This document shows positions 24,888 through 37,180 of a stretch of DNA of 64,000 nt, piece by piece. The notes beneath the pieces were generated by a model. It saw only the letters and a program-made list of their open reading frames with translations, was not told the DNA's origin and ran no database searches. The translations under genes were made by a program, and so were the position numbers. The DNA comes from Callorhinchus milii (taxonomy: Eukaryota), in NCBI RefSeq assembly GCF_018977255.1, contig NW_024704742.1, positions 110,796,001 through 110,860,000 on the forward strand. Reading direction: 5' to 3'. Positions within the stretch are counted from its first letter, which is position 1. The number at the start of each line of letters is the position of its first letter.

Positions 24888-25719
24888 TACAGTTTTGTTG
24901 TAATGCATGCCATATAATGGACAGGATCTGCAAAGGCTTTGGTTTGATGTTTGCTAATTTTAACTGGAAATGACAGTGTTATCTCCACAGATGTGCCTTC
25001 AAGGTGGTCTTGAGTATACTATCGGTTTCTACACTATGTACCAAAACAAATCGTAGAACATTATTGCAGAGCTAAAGAAGCATTAAGAACTCAATTTTTT
25101 TTGTTTGTCCCTGTGTCGAAGAGGCACACAAACACTACTAATTTACTGCTGAAAGCAAAGCCCAGTTTAAGCTCCCCACAAAGTTCTCAGGTCAGTCCAT
25201 TTACCAAAAACAGAAAACTAACTCTCTAAAAAGAATTGATTTTAAGGATCACGATTAGGTCCCTTTTTGACCTTTTTTTAAAAAGGTTGGTGATTTTTAA
25301 AGTTGGAGCCCCTGCAAATATTGGTATTTCATTCCATTAGGTGATGTTGAACACATTGTGGTCCCTGGAGCTAATAAAGAAACCAACACTAAATTTTAGG
25401 CTTCGGTGTATCCCCAGCTTGGAGCATCTGCAGCTCTCTGGAATCAGGTGCTTGTTAGTGTTTCTTTAATGGCTTTGTGACCATGAATAAAGGTTCATTG
25501 CAAGTTCCTCGGCCATTCATCCCCAAGAGCTTTCCATAAAGCACTGGGGGAGTGAGCCCAGTATCATTCGCTTCATGTGCTTTTATACTGCAGCAGTTGC
25601 AAATTGAACTACACCCAAAACCAGCTCCTTCAGTGTGCGATACAGTGGCTCAACCCTGACTTGTACAGCAAAGTGTCATCAAACATGCAGTATAAGTGCA
25701 ACTTAAACACTGCACTTTT

Positions 25720-26155
25720 ATAATAATAATAATAATCCTTGCATTTGATACAGCGCTTTACACATTTTCTAGATGTCTCAAAGCACTTCACAGAATATAC
25801 TGTAAAGTGAATTCACTGTACAATTGTGGATAAAATGCAGCAGCCAATTGCGCACAGCAGTGTCCCACAAACAGTCATGGATTGAGTGACCAAATTATTG
25901 TTGTTTTTTTTAAGGATTATTAACCACGGAAAAAGCGACCTGCCAATGGACTAACAACCGGCTTCCTACTTACTGTTAGATAAACAGAGGCCTGTGGAGC
26001 AAGGAAACTTGCCCAACATTGGGGAGAACAAGTTTGCGGGGCTATGGAGAGAGAGTGGGGGAGTGGGATTGAATTGGATAGCTCTTTTCAAAGAGCCAGC
26101 ACAGACACAATGGGCCGAATGGCCTCCTTCTGCACTGCAAAATTCTATGATGATT
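25720..26155. mobile_element. tRNA-SINE body (-, 25720-26020) abutting a CR1-type 3' end (+, 26020-26155)
   Basis: SINE tail and body as above, followed by gggctatggagagagagtgggggagtggg...tgggccgaatggcctccttctgcactgc. Confidence 0.8.
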
Positions 26156-27519
26156 TTGCCATTTATGAATGGATTGCTATTTTTGTCAATGCAAATTGCA
26201 CATTATGCTGCTAAATAAATGTCTCTGTTCTTGATCATTTACAGAATACTGTCCAAAACTGACATTAGTGATCCAATAACTTTAGGAAGACAGCATTGTC
26301 ACAAAATTAAAAGGAAACCTTGTTGATTCATTGCAAAACATTTGAAATTTTACACTGTACATTGCTGAGAGATTAAATCAGAAACTGAAAACATATTTTG
26401 GAAACTATTCCCTTAGGATTAACATGTAGACTGGCTGTAATCGAAAATGTGAAATGCTGAGAACTGTGCCTTGAGTTTTTTTACACAGGATTATGGTTGA
26501 AGTCCTCCTGTTCAGTGGATAAACCATTTGTGGTACAGGATGGCCATTGCTGAGTAGTTTCCCTGTGAGCAGAAAAGCTTTGTATTTTATTTCACATACA
26601 CTGTTTATTCCCAAATCCCTCTCATTTTTGTTTGGATACTTCTAAACATGGTGATTGGGTTTTGGCTATGTCAAACACCCACTGACCAAAAAAATTCCCA
26701 GATCACCTCCACTCATTGCCCACCAAAATTCTCAGCACACCCTCAACCCTCCTTCATCCCTGGACTGCCTCTATACTCGTCTATCTCCATCCCTAGATAA
26801 ATGCAACTGTGATAAATAAATGCAACTCTGCTCCTTTAGCACACCTCCGCTCCTAGCCCACCTCCGCTTCACCCATTCACTGTGTCTCCTGAGGAATGCT
26901 CTGCAAAGACTTCCTGACAGCTCACGATGTGCTAGCCACATTGATGTTCTTGAGGTCCAAGTTCAATGGAGGGATGTGTGCCTGAGGCTGTGAACAGTAT
27001 GACGGTGGTATGGCTCTCACACATTTTATGCTGAGATGCGTTGCCCACCAGGAAGTTCCTTGTGCCTGCATCCACCTAGTCAGGGCTCAAACCTGCACTT
27101 GTCGAATGTCAAATGATCAACTAGTGACGATCCCCCTGAGGCAAGGTAAGCAGGGTCTCCTTGGAGCTGAACTGGCACCAAGGTGACATGCCTGGCAACG
27201 GAATGTCAGAATTGAGCCAGCCCTCTGTAGTCCGGTTCCTGATTCCAGGCTACTACTGATAACAGAACAGTCTGCTTGATTCATCGACAGGATCTGAAAG
27301 AGCAGACCAGTCACTGGGGGTAGGGAGTTAGCCCACTCAGGTCCTGTTAACCCTGCACGTCAAAGCCATAAAACTGGTAGGGTGGTCCTAGCTGGTGGCA
27401 AGCAGTGGGAAAGCTTGCCAGATAGTGATATCACTGGCAAGCTATCTGGTTTTAGCTGGTTAGATTCCAGCAGTCCCCCAACGTACACTCTGGGGACCCC
27501 AAACCTTGGATCTTGCCAA

Positions 27520-27690
27520 CCTGCACCTAATATTTTCCGGCATTAGATAAGCAGGATGCAAACCTCCAGGGAGAGAGTGTGCATTCCATTTCCATATGGA
27601 GGTGGGATGCATGGAAATCTCAGCTTGGTTTGGATACTCTTAAGCGTGGTGATGGGTTTGCCCACGTGTCAGACATCCGACTGACCAAAG
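27520..27690 (+). repeat. Unclassified interspersed repeat; further copies at about 26620-26695 (+) and 52660-52850 (-)
   Basis: tttggatactcttaagcgtggtgatgggtttgcccacgtgtcagacatccgactgaccaaa recurs in diverged form at 26631 and as a reverse complement at about 52661-52725. Confidence 0.7.
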
Positions 27691-30600
27691 AAAAGACTTC
27701 CCTTTTTTTTCTCAAGAACAGGTAAACAGAACGCCATTCACTGTTCTAGCAATTCACAAGGTAACATCATTTGCTGTTGTACCACTAACTTTTCTCTGTT
27801 ATACAGAGCAAGGTTCACCAATTGGGAAAAAAAGTGTGATTTTCATTTTGGAGTGCACAGGTTTATGAACTAGTCCCTTGCTCCCAGATTCACTCTGATA
27901 ATTACACTCTTTTGATTCATCATTTATTATTGCTGTCAATACCACGAAGATTAATATGCTTATAAAGCTGGATAAAATGTTGTGAAGCTTGTAATTGCTG
28001 ACGCTGCACCATTTTCCTGGAAAAGAAACACTCCCGTTTAGCTAGCACAAAGTGACAAAAAGGTGTTGGGATTGTAAATTACAATTTTTCATCTAAATGT
28101 CCTCTGGCACATTAAGCAGTGTGAACAAAGAATCTATTGTTACTTTCCACCCCACCAAACTTCCAGAGATAATGAAAACAAGCTGCTCTAATGACCAAGC
28201 TCATGAAATTCTAACCGCAAGTTCTGAGTTTGCTACTTCATTCCCTTTGATTGTGGTTCGAATAATTGGTCAGTCATAAATATTTCACTTACTTATCCAC
28301 CTTAAAAGTACAAAAAAAACGCACTTAACCTTCAGGAATCTGTAATGTCACGAGCCTCCTCTTAACATCATAAGGAAACAATGTTGTGTAATTGCTTCAA
28401 TTCTGCAAAGATTTAATATGACAGATTTATTCAAGGGGGACAAATGCAGACATATGAAAGCAATTAAAAAGTTTGATCATTAAATCTCATGGACATTAAT
28501 GTACATGGACCTCAAGCAATGAGGATCATTTTCAGGTGCAATGGTTGACGTATATGGACAAAAAAAATTAAAATATCTTCCATGTATTTCGTATCATTTT
28601 CAGCACACCCCAGAATAACAATGCAAAATGGATAGCTTATTAAAAGACACTTAATTTGAACATAAAATTATAATTTTTAACAAATTTTACATTCTACGAT
28701 ACAATCTCATTGGCACTTTAATTATCCAGATACTAATGAAGAGACCACATCTATTAATTTATCAATGTCCCATTGCCTTTGTAGGAAGAATTGTGCAAAA
28801 GTCCACATTAAAACCACATAGGTATGATTACCTCTCTTACAAGATTAATTTTTAAGGACAATCATAAATCTCTTAAATATCAACCTTCTACATTGTGAAC
28901 ACTTCCCCACATTATTAGTGAGCCTCCTAGCCCAAATATGCATTGAATGGAGCAATTTAAATCTTTTTACAGCTATTGGAGGGAGTGAAATATGTGACGG
29001 CGATCAAGTACTCCACATCTTTATTTGTGTCTGTACTTTTCCAAAACTGTTTTGAAGTTTATTCAACTCAACATCCTTTTGGAAATGAGAGATATTGCTC
29101 CTGCATTCAGTTCATCATATTACCCAATGAAGATACAAAACACTTTACCTCTCAGGTGCCTCTTAGTGTCTTACTATGTAGGAACATTTTGTCTTAAAAT
29201 TCAACATGCACAGAATTGTGGAGAATGCTCAAATCAAGTCTTAATTTGGAAACCGGTTATCAGCAGCTCTTGAAAACAACTGGTTTTTAAATTAAGTCTG
29301 GATCTAAGACATCCTCCCGCTGTGAAAGGTGCTATATAAACGTAATTTGTATTGTATTGGATTTAAGCATTTTTCCACACGTTCTGTGCAATCTTACATT
29401 ATAAGGTAAAATGATCTTACAGACTAAGAGTAGATGGAATTTCAGAACTAGCATCTAATTCACATTGCTAAAAACAAGTAAGGCCTTTTATTTTGACTGA
29501 GAGTTTAAAGTCATTAAAGTCCAGTGAGATTTAGGCAAACAATTAAATTCAAACTCCATAAACATTTACAAATATGTGATTTGAGGCAGAGCATGTTGGT
29601 AACAAATTAAAAACATCCCTTCAGAATCTAAAAGCAGCAGAGTATTTCATTAATTATTTAAGTCACAATATGTTACAGCCACTTCAAGGCTACTTCTACT
29701 TTTATATCCCCTACTAAAATGTATGATAATAGTATTTTTCAATCAATAAGCATATTGCCTATGATATTCCTGACCAATAGAAAAATTTAAATTTCTGCAG
29801 AATTACATCTTATAAGGTCTTTTCATTTCATAGTTTATCGGCCTTCAAATCTGTTCCACTGCACTGCAACACAGACAACATCCTTTAAAGATTTTTGCTA
29901 GGAAGATGTAGCTAACACGTAACTACCAATTTCTTTAAGTAATGAAAGACATTTTATAGATTTTAATTGTACCAATAAACTGATTAATAATGTATGACAC
30001 AATATATGAACAGCTTCGGCAGATGTTACTTTCTGTAACTTCATAAATTCCTGCTTTTCTTTGAATTTTCTTCACTATTTTGCCCTCCTCTGCTCTTGAA
30101 GATGTTGCCTCTTGCTGGGATACTGTTCCATGGACGGTGTCTGTCTTCCGTACCTTACTCAAGTGCCTACACATTTTATGACCACCATTACACTCCGCAT
30201 AAACTCAGCCACTGGTAAACTTCTCTTTTTCTCTTCTCTTCTACTTCTATCAGATTTAAGTATTGTGCTTTATTACTGCACTATTACAATCATTTCTCAT
30301 TTAAAACAGGCTGGATTCCTGGCACATTTTGTGATTAGTTCCTAATGTTGTTTTTCTTTTGCTGAGTTCAATAAATTCCTCTCCTTAACAATTTTGCTCA
30401 AATTCATGTATTTACTGCTGGTTCCTGTATTAGTGTGGTTATGGCTGACATTTGCAGTATCTGCTATCAACAAACACCCACAAGACACAAATATAATCCA
30501 GCAGAACATCTAACTTTTTTTTTAAGCGATGGAGATGCAGTGAGAGTTCTATCTGAGAGAGTAGTATCTATGTGACTGACGACACCTATTTCTACTTTCC

Positions 30601-31904
30601 CTGGATTTAACAGTTAAATCCCTGTGCCAATTGAGTTGGCTGAGATATTAACCATGTAGTTGTCTGTTTACGTTTCATCAGGCTGGTGCTGTAGATAGAT
30701 GGACAAAGGAGAAAACGTATATCAGAGTCCAGACATATTTGGGGATCTGATTTTTACTGAGAGGGGGTAAAAAAAAGGAAAACAGAGTGAAGCCGACCGA
30801 TATGCTCGGGTGCAGGCTATTTTGGTGAAATTATTGAATTCTGTTTATTTATTATCAGCAACTTTCAGGTGTATCCCTACTGACATGCCCTATATAACGT
30901 TACTTTCATGTTTCACTGGGGCAGTGTATGAAAGTGAATTAATAAATCTGAGATATCTCTGAAGTAAGGGGCAAAACCTCTGCCATTTAGAGTGGAGCTA
31001 TCTGAAGATAACTGTCTTAACTCCTACCCTAGTCAGAATTAAATCCAATGACAAGTAATAATTGAGAGATTCTTCAGTGACTGAAACAGTCTCAGTTGAC
31101 TCTAATACCACAGTAAGATAAAACTGTCTGGGTTTGAAACTGCCTGATCACAGTTCAGGTAATGCTGCAACCAATGTACACCTGAACTAAAAGGGCTTAT
31201 CATTTCAGCAGATAAAAGTCATTTTCACAAGTCACCACATCCATTCTCCAAAGTACTTCTATGTTTTAAACAATATATGTATTTATTATAAAGCTGTAGT
31301 TATTCCCATACCTTTATTTAAACAATTAGCTAAATAAATCATAGAATTCCAATGTCAATGTTCCCACTTTATTTTATAAAATAATGAATCTGTTTTCTTG
31401 CATTACTTTTCAAACAGAGAGATAATATCACAACAGTGATGGCAGATAATAACAGTGCTTCAAAAAGGGTGGGTACTTGCTTTTCATATCAGTGAATCAC
31501 CAGTAATACTATGATATTCTGATATTCTATTATACTCCATGGAGAAAATTTATTTTAAAGCTGCAATACCCTACATATAAATGTCATGATTCTCAGCATC
31601 TCACTATAACTAGAAATACTTATTTCAAAAGCAAAATGTTTAGGAGAAATACTATGGTTGTGGTAGAGACGGAGGTCGAGATCAGGTAACCTTTTCATTA
31701 AATGAGGCTAACTATTATTTTATCTTTCAGCAATTTTACCCTTGCTTTCTGGAATTCTGGAATATATGTCCCTTGGTTTGGACTCACCAACAATTGGAAA
31801 CATCTAAATAACATTCTTATCAAACTGTTTTTATAACTTTAAACAGCTCTATCAGGTCCACTTTCAATTGTCTCTTCTACAGAGAGAAACCTCTAACCTG
31901 TCCA

Positions 31905-32095
31905 ATGATGGCTAGATGCAGAGCAAAGTTCCCTCTACTCTGCTCAAAGTTCAGCAGAGCACTTAATAAAACATCAGTCTGAATGTTTCCACCCCCACAT
32001 TAGCAATCCCCTCTGAAATTATATTGCCAATTTGTAGTGAACTATTGGTAATTTGGGGTTACGTTTCCTTGCTCATTAGGATCTGGATTGAAAAT
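31905..32095 (-). mobile_element. LF-SINE-like relic
   Basis: The reverse complement contains tcaatccagatcctaatgag...aaattaccaatagttc...aattggcaata and cagagtagagggaactttgctctgcatcta; related to 5225-5400. Confidence 0.35.
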
Positions 32096-33945
32096 GCTTG
32101 TTTTGCCCACAAAATACAGTCAATCCACTTTTTAATATATTCTGTGAAGAGCGTCAAAATGTCTCAATGATGTGATAAGGCGCTATATCGAATGCAAGGA
32201 TTATTATTATTATAAACTGATTGCTTACTTTGAATTCAAATCTAGGTGAAAATGACATTGTATTCTTCCCACTGAATTTTAACATTTTCTTATCTTTACA
32301 CAAAACATAAAGATAGAGTTTTCAACATTAGCTGCAAAATTCTTATTCTTCAAATTAAATTATTCACTGCTTAGTATTAGGAAATCAAGTAATATAATGC
32401 TAAAATTCCTAAGTTCTTGTTCAGAAAAAAAAGAAAAATTATGTTGCATTGTGTGATTTCATATTCAGTTCAATCTTAAAGTCTTTTTGACAAAAGAAGA
32501 CCAGACAACATAAGGTTAACTAAGAAAAAAATATTTTCTTTTAAATGAAGAATAAATAACTTGTAATAACAAGGTTCCGGTGATGATTACCAACACTGTT
32601 ATTGGTATGTCTCAGTGCATGTTAACTGATACTGTAACATCATTAACAATCCAGCTTTAGCATAATGCAAAACTAAGCCTTTTCCTGCTAAAGACCACAA
32701 TTTTAAAAATTGTTTCCACCAATGTGTACTAGATATTAATATAGCTATGATTTCAGAAAGTACATTTAGTTGAACAAGTTGTTGATTATTAATATAGTAT
32801 CAATAATACATTTTAAAATGTTAGAAATGAGCATTGTTGTTTTTGAAAACCCCAAACATGAACTTCAAATGGATATTATACATGTTCATAAACAATTAAT
32901 AAATGTGCACATTTTGACAAATGCGATAACATTACATCAAGACCATGAGAGGAGTGGGTGGAAAACTTGGCAAATAGTGGATAATCATTCAAAGGATAAG
33001 ACAAATAATCAAGCTTTATTCCTCATTTATTATCCTCTGCATACAGTACAATAGTTAATTCTCCCAAATAATACCTCTTAGGAGGAGGGAGGAACTGTCT
33101 TCTTTGGATCCAAAGCACAAGCTAATACAATTCATTGAAATTGAATGCCACTCTTTACAGCTAAATCAAAACCATTTGATGAAAGGCATGAGGATTACTC
33201 CAGGTGCTGCCTTACAAATTGCAACATGCCTAAAATTAGCACACTTAATAGTTTTTGCTCATATACAATGACTCTAAATTTTGTCAGGCATCACCCATTT
33301 CAAATAGTAGCACTGCAGAATTTTATCTGCTAAATTATGAGCCAGCCTTTGTTTCGTGACAGACTCACACAGGGTTTTATGTCCAAAGGATGTAAATAGA
33401 TAAGCGGCTTTCTTGGCATCGCATAATGAAACTTGTGTTCCCCTCAAGGTGTACGCGGAGTAGAAAGAAAAATGATATTATAATTTAGCTAGTTAGGGGA
33501 AATTTTGACACCACAATTGGCATGGAGAGAGATGAGAGAGGGATTAACAGTGACTAAGGCCAATTCACTTACCTGACTCACATAACAGACTTTGGTCTGG
33601 CAGCTTCTAATATCAACATCACGTCACCTGAAGCCATGGATTCAAAGAAAGGGCTCACTTGTTTGGACAATACCAATTCACATATCCTTGAACTATGGTT
33701 TTGTGAAGAGGGATAGTTTTCAATAAATACCGTTATTTGTTGTTCCACAACTGAACCCTATTTCAAGTTGGAAAGGAATCGGGAGTTATTTTTTTCTTAT
33801 CCTGAAAATAATGTTGAATCCTTTCATTTGTTATAGATCTTTCAAGATTCAAGTGATATCATTCTATTTTCTGTTTTTTTTAATCCCTCTGTTCATTAGA
33901 GATCAAAACCTTTTTGAAAAATTCAGTATCTACCTTCTTTCATTG

Positions 33946-34370
33946 TGTGTCAGCCTGGCTCAGTGTGTCAGCCCTCTCGTCCCTGAGTCAGAAGGTTGTG
34001 GGTTCAAGCCCCACATTGGAATTTGAAATCACACAGTCTAAGCTGATACTCCAATGCAGTGCCGGAGGTTGTGAGATTGTCACAGATGCCATCCTTCAGA
34101 CAAGATGTTAAACCAGCCTTTTGGCCTGTTCAGGTGGTTGTTAAAGATCCCTTGGCACTATTCAAAAAGAGAAGGGTTTCTCCTGGTGTCCTGGCAAACA
34201 ATCCCCCAAATAATATTTGTCATTCACTTCATGACTGTTTGTGGGACATTACTATGCCCCAATTGGGTGTCACATTCACCTACAAAACACACAGTTACTC
34301 CACTTTACAATTTATCCCGTGAAGCACTTTGAGATGTCCTCCTGACTATATCAAATGTAAGGATTATTAT
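33946..34370 (+). mobile_element. Deu-domain SINE (SacSINE1/AmnSINE1-like), near full length
   Basis: tRNA-like head (ctggctcagtg...ctgagtcagaaggttgtgggttcaagcccca), Deu block (cctgttcaggtgg...aaagatccc.tggcactattc...tcctggtgtcctggc) and L2-type tail. Confidence 0.85.
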
Positions 34371-36752
34371 TTTTGGTGTTTTACTAGTTTGGATGTTTGG
34401 TAATATTCCAGAAATGAATATATCTCCACATTCAGTTGGAAGAAACTTGTTATGAAGCTGGCACCTGGGACAACAAAAATGGACAACAAAGATAGACTCA
34501 ACATGGGTTTTTGGACAATAATTGTCATGCCCGAGGGATATTTCTGAATGTTCAGAAAGTAATTCTGTGAAAATCCAATACTTCCAAATCTACAGGGATT
34601 CTCACATTTGAAGGAAAAATTGAGTCTCTACACCTTTACAGCTAGGAAAGCAGCAATTTTCACTGATCGATGGAGTTTTGTTTTTATGTGAGAACTATTG
34701 GAAATATCAAGAAAGACAACTGAGAAAGTGCAAGAAAGGAAAAAAGGGTGAAAAGGAGAAAAGCAGAAATGGGTATAAATTTCCTGTTGACTAATAACAG
34801 ATTTCAGAGTAGCCAAGGAGAGTTCCATAGTCTAGACTGAAACAGGAAACATTGAGAGCTAGAGGCAAGAATACAAACCCTTACAGGAGTAATGTGTCAC
34901 AAAATGTTCCATTATATCGTTGGATCAAATAGTTCACTTTCATTGCTTCCATATTTTTTTCTTATTGTATTTGGACTCATTCTTTTACTGTAAATGGAAA
35001 TAACTGGTGGGGTGGGATGGGGACTGTGAACTGGTAGATCAAGGACATAAACAAAATTGTGCATTGAAAAAGTTTGATCATGATCCAGTCAAAATCCTGC
35101 TTCTCCATAAAAGTGATTTCCCAAGAGTAATTTATGTTTCGTCCACAAAATATAGTCAATTCACTTAACAGTATATTCTGTGGGGCACTTTGAGACGTCT
35201 CGAAGACATGATAAAGCTCTATATCAAATGAAAGGATTATTATTATTAAGGGACGATCAGAAGCTTCCTAAGTCACAAGCATATGTTGCCTTATAGGTCA
35301 CTCTCTTACCTAAAACCTGATAGAAGTACAGCAACATGAATTTCTACCACAGAACTATCACCTTTTTGCATCTTTTTTCCATGCTACATGGAAGGAAGTA
35401 CTGTACCTTTTGCCTTCATTTTTCACTTTATTCAGATTTCTGAAATATGAGATTCAAAACTGTACAATATGCGGTTTTGTAAGAATAGAATAATAATAAT
35501 CCTTGCATGTGATATAGCACTTTATCAGGTTGTTAAAGCGCTTTTCTGAATGTACAGCAGAATCTGCTCTGTGCTAAATAATATAGCAGGGAATAGAGTC
35601 TGCTCTTCTGCGCTTGTCAATCCAACTCTTAAAATTTTAAAACATAATAAATTCCAACTTCATGTAACCTCCAGCCTTGGGCAGAACATCACTATATCCA
35701 ATGGCACAATGCACATCACTATGAAGAAGGGATTCATTACAGTGAAGGAAGCGACCTTTTGCAATGATTTTCCTTTTCCCCACATCTGTGTTTGTTATAT
35801 TAATCAGTCATGAACTTTGTGGGAAACAGAACTCCAGGAGAGAACCAGGGACCCACAGAAATTTACAGCACATGTATGTAAAGCAACACATCCTAAAGGG
35901 GGTAACTAATCTCATGGTCACGAACAGAGTTGCAATCTTAACGTTTGCACAACATTCAAAACAGTTTACAGGAAACTGGACTTTTAATCTGAGGAAACTT
36001 CTCTCACTCGAAATTTAGACTCCCATTCAGTCTTGAAACATGTTTTGAGACATTCTTCCCATGCGAAAGGATCTCTATGTAAACAAATTGTTACAGTTAT
36101 TGAACTTAATTTTCAACTACCGGTTGGAAGACTAACCAATTATGGTAGATTACAGTTTATTGTCAATAGATGGATTCAGACTATGGGTATGGGACAATGC
36201 ATCTTGCTCACTCTGGGTGCCACTTGTGTAGATTTCCTTGGGAATTTATTAAACTTGTCAGAAATTAGAGGTGACAATCGAAGTCCAACAATTCATTGCC
36301 TTAATGATTGCTGCAGATTTATTAATTATAGATGCTGCTCCAGAAATCGCCAGCTTTAGTAGTCATTCATTTTGTCATTAAATTCATGGAGAAAAGTCTG
36401 TTTGATTTAGAGGTATTTGGTATCACTTCAAATGATAAATAATCTTACTTCTTCTTTCTCCAATTCTCCCTAACACCAAAAAGATAGTCTATTATATATA
36501 GGAATAAGTTGAGCAATTTTACTGTTCGTGATGGGGAAGGATCTGGTAGTCAGTCCTGCAAGTACTTTATCACCTAATGGAAGTGGAGCCTTGCATTAAA
36601 CATAATTGCAGTGTCAAGGAATATTGGGATTCAAATTGAGAAATACTAGTTTATTCTGGGATGGGGATTTTCAGTTATTGAGAGACTTGAGATGCTAGTC
36701 GGTTTTCACTACAGATGAGAAGGTTAAGTGATGACCTGATAATGGAGGATAA

Positions 36753-37180
36753 TGGAGTCCTATGGTTAGAGTGGTTAGAGTGGTTTTGCAAACGAGAGAC
36801 CTGGGTTCGATTCCCGTCCGGGTGAAACCTTGGGCAAGTTTCCTTACTCTACACGCCTAATAATAATCCCTCAAAAAAAACCAATAATAAATTGGTCACT
36901 TCAATCCACGACTGTTTTTGAGATACTGCTGTGTGCAATTGGCTGCTGCATTTCGCCCACAAATATACAGTCAATTCACTTTACAGTCTATTCTGTGAAG
37001 CGCTTTGAGATGTCTAGAAGACGTGAAAAGCACTATATCAAATGCAAGGATTATTATTATTATAATAATATAATAATAACCTTTGCATTTGATATAATGC
37101 CTTATCATGTCATTGAGATATCTCAAATGCCTCACAGAATATATTGTAAAGTGAATTGACTGTATTTTGTGGGCAAAAAA
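36753..37180. mobile_element. tRNA-SINE (+, internally deleted variant, 36753-37063) tail-to-tail with a SINE tail (-, 37064-37180)
   Basis: The (ATT)n tail runs directly into (AAT)n of the opposite copy. Confidence 0.85.
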
